Shown: piece after piece, positions 49,142-54,336 of the stretch | Position numbering within the stretch: position 1 is the first letter of the stretch | Layout of the letters: each line of letters starts with the position of its first letter | Translations under genes and position numbers: made by a program | NCBI GenBank assembly: GCA_944392445.1 | Contig: CALXWT010000004.1 | Coordinates: 1-54,336, forward strand | Direction: 5' to 3' | DNA from: an uncultured Clostridia bacterium | GTDB taxonomy: Bacteria > Bacillota > Clostridia > TANB77 > CAG-508 | Length of the DNA: 54,336 nucleotides | Notes under the pieces: model-generated | The model's database searches: none | Told to the model about the DNA's origin: nothing | What the model saw: the letters and a program-made list of their open reading frames with translations, nothing else

Positions 49142-50344
49142 TTAGTATAATGGATACAATGTTGGATGTGTTGTATATTGTAGTGGGTCTACTCTATAAG
49201 AGTTATCTGTTCCACCTATGTATACTTCATAATGTAAATGTGGTCCTGTTGAAATTCCTGTGTTTCCAGATGTAGCAATTTGTTCTCCTCTAGAAACAGT
49301 TTGTCCTTCGCTTACGTTATATCCTGATAAATGTCCAAAGCCCGTGTAATATCCGTCTCCATGGTCTATCATTATATAATTTCCATATCCTGATAACCAT
49401 CTTGCTATTATAACTTTTCCGTCTGCTGGTGCATAGACTGGTGCATAGCTAACAGGTATATCTACTGCTCCATGGTTAGATGATGCTCCAACTGTTGGAC
49501 TTGGTCTAGGTCCAAAATAAGAAGATATATAATTGTACCATGATGTATTTGAAGATAGTGGCCAACTAAGTGTTCCTTCAAAACTACCTATATAGCTTCC
49601 AGATCCACCAGAACTTGCATTATTTTGTGCTATAATTTCATCTATATCATTTTGTGCTTCTTCAATAGCCGATTCAAACTCATCTATTTGTGCTTGCAAT
49701 TCATCTTCTTGCTGCTCTAAATTTGCTACTACCACTTGTTTTTTTGCTTGTGCAGTTTCTAAACTTTGGCTTTTAGCTTCTATTTCTTTTTTAGACTCAT
49801 CTATTTCATTTTTCTCTTTTTCTAATTGTTGCTTTTTGTCCTCTGTTTCTTTTTGTTTAGCTTTAATAGAGTCTATAACAGTTTGGTCTGCTTCAGCAAT
49901 TTCTTCTATTCTATAATAATTAGATATAAATGCAGAAATATCTTCAGAGCCAAGAAGTGCATCTAAATATGTTGTTTGTCCATTTTCATATATTGCTACA
50001 AGTCTTTGTAGTAGCAATTCTTCTTTGTCTGCAGTTTCTTGCTCCAACTCTTTTATTTCTTTTTCTGTGTTAGCTATTGTGTCTTCTAATGTATTTATTT
50101 TTTGGTTTAACTCATCTATTTGTGATGTATAGCTATCTATTTGTGCAGTAAGATTTAATATTTCTTCCATAATTGACTCTTTCTCTGCTGTTACTTCTTC
50201 TTTTTGACTTTCTACCTCATCACGTTGATTTTCTAAGTCGTCTTTTTTATCTTGTAATTCTGAAACACTTGATGCAATTACTTGTATGGAACATATTCCT
50301 AAAATAATTAAAGTTAAAATTATAGAAACTATTTTTTTCATCAT
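49142..50344 (-). CDS. Coiled-coil M23 peptidase (EnvC-like)
   Basis: Signal peptide, coiled coil, HGAVD and HLH. Confidence 0.9.
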   Translation of the reverse strand: MMKKIVSIILTLIILGICSIQVIASSVSELQDKKDDLENQRDEVESQKEEVTAEKESIMEEILNLTAQIDSYTSQIDELNQKINTLEDTIANTEKEIKELEQETADKEELLLQRLVAIYENGQTTYLDALLGSEDISAFISNYYRIEEIAEADQTVIDSIKAKQKETEDKKQQLEKEKNEIDESKKEIEAKSQSLETAQAKKQVVVANLEQQEDELQAQIDEFESAIEEAQNDIDEIIAQNNASSGGSGSYIGSFEGTLSWPLSSNTSWYNYISSYFGPRPSPTVGASSNHGAVDIPVSYAPVYAPADGKVIIARWLSGYGNYIMIDHGDGYYTGFGHLSGYNVSEGQTVSRGEQIATSGNTGISTGPHLHYEVYIGGTDNSYRVDPLQYTTHPTLYPLY

Positions 50345-50430
50345 AAGATTGTCTCTCCTTTATATTTATCTTATATTTGCTATCTATATCTTTTGTTCTA
50401 ACTTTATATAATATAAACATTAAATAAACC

Positions 50431-51339
50431 TTAAACTTCTAAGTATTTTCTCATTGAAATTGCACTACCTACTGCACCAATTCCTATACCCATTCCTATG
50501 TAAACTACAAATAACATCGATAACATATTTGAATAAGTTAATAAATTATATCCCATCACGTTCATTACTTCGCTACTTGATATTTTATCAGCAATGAAAT
50601 TATATGTAAATCCAAGTATTACAATAGTTATAATTGCAGAAATAATACCTATCAAAATACCTTCTACTATAAATGGCCATCTAATAAATCCATTTGTTGC
50701 TCCAACATATTTCATAATAGATATTTCTTTTCTTCTTGCATGAACTGTAAGCTTTATCGTATTTGCTATTATAAATACTGAAATTAGTATTAGCAATACC
50801 AATATAACTCCAGTTGCTGTTCTAATACCATTAGCAATATCTATTAGTTTATTTATTGTATCACTTCCTACTGTAATTTTTGCAACATTTTCAAATGTTG
50901 ATATTTGAGTTTTAATTTCATCAGTCTTAGTCAAATCTGTTAAAGTTATTTTGTAAGATGCTTTAAATGGATTATCTTCACCAGAATATGCATCAAGAAT
51001 AGATGAATCCTCACCAAGCCATGATTTCATTGTATTTAAAGCTTCCTCTTGAGATACATACTCTATTGTATTTATATAAGGTAATTCTTTAATTTTAGCT
51101 TCAAGTTCCTTTTCTTGTTCTGCTGTTGCTTCTGGATTTATAAATACATTCATTTCTTGAACACCTTGAACCTGTTGCATTATATAGTTTACGTTTTCTC
51201 CTATTAAAAAGAAAATACCAAATATAAACATTGTAGCACACATAATAATTAATGATGCTGCTGTTGATTTTTTATTTTTAAAAAAGTTTCTAAAACCTTC
51301 CCCTATTAAATAACCAAAAATACTATATTTCACTATCAT
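50431..51339 (-). CDS. ftsX: Cell division permease FtsX
   Basis: NTIKLTVHARRKEISIMKYVGAT..FIRWPFIVEG; start probably 51339 or 51333. Confidence 0.93.
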   Translation of the reverse strand: MIVKYSIFGYLIGEGFRNFFKNKKSTAASLIIMCATMFIFGIFFLIGENVNYIMQQVQGVQEMNVFINPEATAEQEKELEAKIKELPYINTIEYVSQEEALNTMKSWLGEDSSILDAYSGEDNPFKASYKITLTDLTKTDEIKTQISTFENVAKITVGSDTINKLIDIANGIRTATGVILVLLILISVFIIANTIKLTVHARRKEISIMKYVGATNGFIRWPFIVEGILIGIISAIITIVILGFTYNFIADKISSSEVMNVMGYNLLTYSNMLSMLFVVYIGMGIGIGAVGSAISMRKYLEV

Positions 51340-52009
51340 ACCCACCTTTTTTATCATCTCTTATTATATTGCCTTTTTCAATTTGAATAACTCTTTTCTT
51401 CATTCTATCTACTATATCCTTTGCGTGAGTTGCAACTACTACAGTTGTTCCTCTAGCATTTATATCATTTAGTAACATCATAATTTCCCAAGCTGTATCT
51501 GGATCTAGGTTTCCTGTAGGCTCGTCCGCTATAATCATGGATGGATTGTTAACTAATGCTCTTGCTAAAGCTACTCTTTGTTGCTCTCCACCAGACAACT
51601 CATTTGGATAAACTTTTGCCTTATCACTTAATCCAACTAATGATAGTACCATTGGTACTTGTCTTCTAATATGTTTTGGTGTTGCTCTTACTATGTACAT
51701 TGCATATGCAACATTATCATATACAGTTCTATCAGGTAAAAGCCTAAAATCTTGGAAAACGACTCCCATACTTCTTCTTAAAAAAGGTACTCTTTTTGGT
51801 TTTAAAAAAGTAGTATCTTTTCCGTTTATAATAATATGTCCTGATGTAGGTTCTTCTTCTTTTAATATAAGTTTAATCAAAGTAGATTTTCCTGAGCCAG
51901 AGCTACCTACTAAGAATGCAAACTCCCCTTTATCAATTTTAAAATTTGCATTATGAACAGCTTCTGTACCTGTATCATATTTCTTATTTACATTTCTAAA
52001 CTCTATCAT
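51323..52009 (-). CDS. ftsE: Cell division ATP-binding protein FtsE
   Basis: GSSGSGKST, VVFQDFRLL, LSGGEQQRV, ADEPTGNLD. Confidence 0.96.
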   Translation of the reverse strand: MIEFRNVNKKYDTGTEAVHNANFKIDKGEFAFLVGSSGSGKSTLIKLILKEEEPTSGHIIINGKDTTFLKPKRVPFLRRSMGVVFQDFRLLPDRTVYDNVAYAMYIVRATPKHIRRQVPMVLSLVGLSDKAKVYPNELSGGEQQRVALARALVNNPSMIIADEPTGNLDPDTAWEIMMLLNDINARGTTVVVATHAKDIVDRMKKRVIQIEKGNIIRDDKKGGYDSEI

Positions 52010-52020
52010 ACTTTTCTCCT

Positions 52021-52079
52021 TTTGTCGGTTTTAGGGACAGGCTCTTTTCCGACAAGTTTGTCGGGTTTGGGGACAGGCT
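52021..52079. repeat. REP-like family C, two units
   Basis: TTTGTCGG..GGGACAGGCT twice, abutting the ftsE RBS. Confidence 0.8.
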
Positions 52080-52323
52080 TGATTAATTTTGTTTTGCTTA
52101 ATTCGCCCCTTTTTTCAATCTGCCACTACTATTCAATTAATACTATTTCATACTAATTCACTTCTATATCATAACAATAAAATTAATTATTTGCAATACT
52201 TTTTCATACAAAAAACAACATAAATTTTTCTTTAAAAATTATTTATGTTGTTTTTCTTCAATTCTCTTTATAATATCTCTTTTTTACTTGTTTTTTTATA
52301 ATATTGTCATTTTTTGTCAAATT

Positions 52324-52540
52324 TGTAACTATTCTAATTTACCTCTATATCTATTACGAGAAGGAGTATATATTTTTTTATTTTTATTTCCGGCCCCCAA
52401 CTGCGTACAAACTGTATAAAATCTCGCTATCACTCGATTTAACAGTTTGTAAACTTGTCGGTCCCCACCTTAAGCACTCCAATAAAAATAAAAAAATATA
52501 TACTCTTTCTCGTAAAAATCAACTATTAATTAGAATTACA
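52324..52540. repeat. Nested palindromic element, family A copy 2
   Basis: Arms 52354-52388/52481-52515 around the core shared with 4203-4294. Confidence 0.85.
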
Positions 52541-52548
52541 GCATTTTT

Positions 52549-53487
52549 TTAATTTTTTAGCACTTTCTCTACAATTGCATTACTATCTATTTTATAATAT
52601 GCAAGCAATTCTTCCCCTTTTCCACTTTGTCCAAAGGTATCCATTATGCCCATTCTTTCCACCTTTGTAGGGTATTCTTCTGCTAGTACCTCACAAACAC
52701 TACTTCCTAAGCCACCAATTATACTATGGTCTTCTACCGTAATTATTCGTTTGGTTTCTTTTGCACATTTTATAATCATTTCTCTATCTATTGGCTTTAT
52801 TGTATGCATATCTATTACTCTAACATTTATACCTTTTTCCTTTAAAATTTCCATAGCTTTTATTGCTTCTGATACACATACTCCCGTTGCAATAATACTT
52901 GCATCTGTTCCCTCACCTATTTGCACAGCTTTTCCTATTTCAAAATTGTCTGTGTCATAAATTACTGGTGTCTTCATTCTGCATAAACGTAAATATACAG
53001 GACCTTTTATTTTAGAAATTTCTCTTACTGCCCATTTTGTTTGAATGTCGTCTGATGTGCACATTACAGTCATATTTGGCAAACCTCTCATTAGGCTTAG
53101 GTCTTCTAGCATTTGATGTGTAGCACCATCTTCTCCAACACTTACTCCAGCATGTGTAGCACAAATTTTTACATTTAAGTTTGGATATGCAATACTATTT
53201 CTAATTTGCTCATAAGCTCTACCTGCTGCAAATACTGCAAATGTACTTGCATATGGTATTTTTCCAAATGTAGATAATCCTGCCGATATTCCCATAAGGT
53301 TTTGCTCTGCTATTCCTACATTTATAAATCTATCCGGAAACTTTTCTGCGAAAAGCTCTGTTTTAGTTGCTGTTGTCAAATCTGCATCAAGTACAACTAT
53401 ATTTTCATTTTCTTCTCCTAGCTTAGCTAGTTCTTCCCCATAGCTTTGTCTTGTAGCTATTTTTATATCTTCTCTCATCATCATCAC
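52549..53487 (-). CDS. Transketolase C-terminal subunit
   Basis: GIAEQN, GEDGATHQ, TIKPID, EDH..GGLG. Confidence 0.93.
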   Translation of the reverse strand: MMMMREDIKIATRQSYGEELAKLGEENENIVVLDADLTTATKTELFAEKFPDRFINVGIAEQNLMGISAGLSTFGKIPYASTFAVFAAGRAYEQIRNSIAYPNLNVKICATHAGVSVGEDGATHQMLEDLSLMRGLPNMTVMCTSDDIQTKWAVREISKIKGPVYLRLCRMKTPVIYDTDNFEIGKAVQIGEGTDASIIATGVCVSEAIKAMEILKEKGINVRVIDMHTIKPIDREMIIKCAKETKRIITVEDHSIIGGLGSSVCEVLAEEYPTKVERMGIMDTFGQSGKGEELLAYYKIDSNAIVEKVLKN

Positions 53488-53498
53488 TCGTTCCTTTC

Positions 53499-54335
53499 CT
53501 AAATCTCTAACATTGCCCTATTAAGTTCCTCCATAGCAAGATTATACTCCTCCTCATTTGGAGCCTTACCATGCCAAGAAGCTATATTCTCCATAAAAGA
53601 TACGCCCTTTCCTTTTATGGTTTTAGCAATAATTATTGTAGGTTTTCCTTTTGTTTGTTTTGCTGTTGTAATTGCATCTATTATTTCATCTATATTGTGA
53701 CCATTTATATTAACTACATTAAATCCAAAGCTTAGGAATTTTTCAGTTATATTATTCATACCACCTACTTTATCTATTTCACCATCTATTTGTAGGTTAT
53801 TATTATCTAATATAACACATAAATTATCTAAGTTGTTTTTGCTAGCTGACATAGCAGCTTCCCAAACTTGCCCCTCTTCTATTTCTCCATCTCCTAGTAT
53901 GCAATAAATTTTGCATCCGGCTTTATTCATTTTTGAAGCAATAGCCATACCTACACTTACAGATAGACCTTGTCCTAATGAACCTGTTGTCATATCAACT
54001 CCAGGAACTTTATTCATATCTGGATGCCCCTGCAATGGGCTTCCTAAGTGTCTAAAAGATTGTAAACCTTCTTTTGCAAAGTATCCTTTTTCTGCAAGCA
54101 CACTATATAATGCTATACACGCGTGCCCCTTTGATAAAACTAATCTATCTCTATTAGGGTCATCTGGTTTCTTTTCATCAATATTCATTTGGTTAAAATA
54201 TAATACTGTTAAAATATCTGCAATTGATAGTGAACCACCTGGATGTCCAGATTTTGCACTATACACTGCTTCTATTATATCTTTTCTTACTTCTAATGCA
54301 ATTTTCTTTAAAGCTTTTACATTGGTTATTTTCAT
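53499..54335 (-). CDS. Transketolase N-terminal subunit
   Basis: SGHPGGSLS, SKGHA, TGSLGQG, GDGEIEEG..NN. Confidence 0.93.
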   Translation of the reverse strand: MKITNVKALKKIALEVRKDIIEAVYSAKSGHPGGSLSIADILTVLYFNQMNIDEKKPDDPNRDRLVLSKGHACIALYSVLAEKGYFAKEGLQSFRHLGSPLQGHPDMNKVPGVDMTTGSLGQGLSVSVGMAIASKMNKAGCKIYCILGDGEIEEGQVWEAAMSASKNNLDNLCVILDNNNLQIDGEIDKVGGMNNITEKFLSFGFNVVNINGHNIDEIIDAITTAKQTKGKPTIIIAKTIKGKGVSFMENIASWHGKAPNEEEYNLAMEELNRAMLEI

Positions 54336-54336
54336 T

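Noticed and set aside
52549-54335. Transketolase split as a frameshift or pseudogene
   Set aside because: Two-subunit transketolases are normal in Clostridia, and the second ORF has its own RBS.

Overview
AT-rich chromosomal window from a Bacillota (Clostridia-like) genome. The backbone carries housekeeping genes: rlmB (split by a +1 frameshift), lepA, tyrS, coaE, tmcAL, rnhA, dapL, dapF, srtB, ftsEX with two M23 peptidases and an S41 protease, and a split transketolase. There is also a ~17 kb teichoic-acid-type wall polymer locus (7900-25075) and a tRNA-Val/Asp/Phe cluster. The main accessory element is an apparently complete ~7.5 kb filamentous (inovirus-type) prophage integrated in tRNA-Phe, bounded by a perfect 60-bp direct repeat (37764-37823 / 45275-45334). 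It encodes its own tyrosine integrase, a rolling-circle Rep, a Zot/pI ATPase, coat proteins and an XRE repressor with three operators. Between its major coat gene and morphogenesis genes lies a 65-nt tRNA-shaped element with intact acceptor, D and T arms but no anticodon arm, which is the most unusual observation. Other observations: both split genes can be repaired by skipping the C of an in-frame CGG codon; three GC-richer degenerate Nudix-like genes sit in identical promoter/terminator cassettes; and there are three families of dispersed palindromic repeats. All calls come from reading the sequence; no searches were run.
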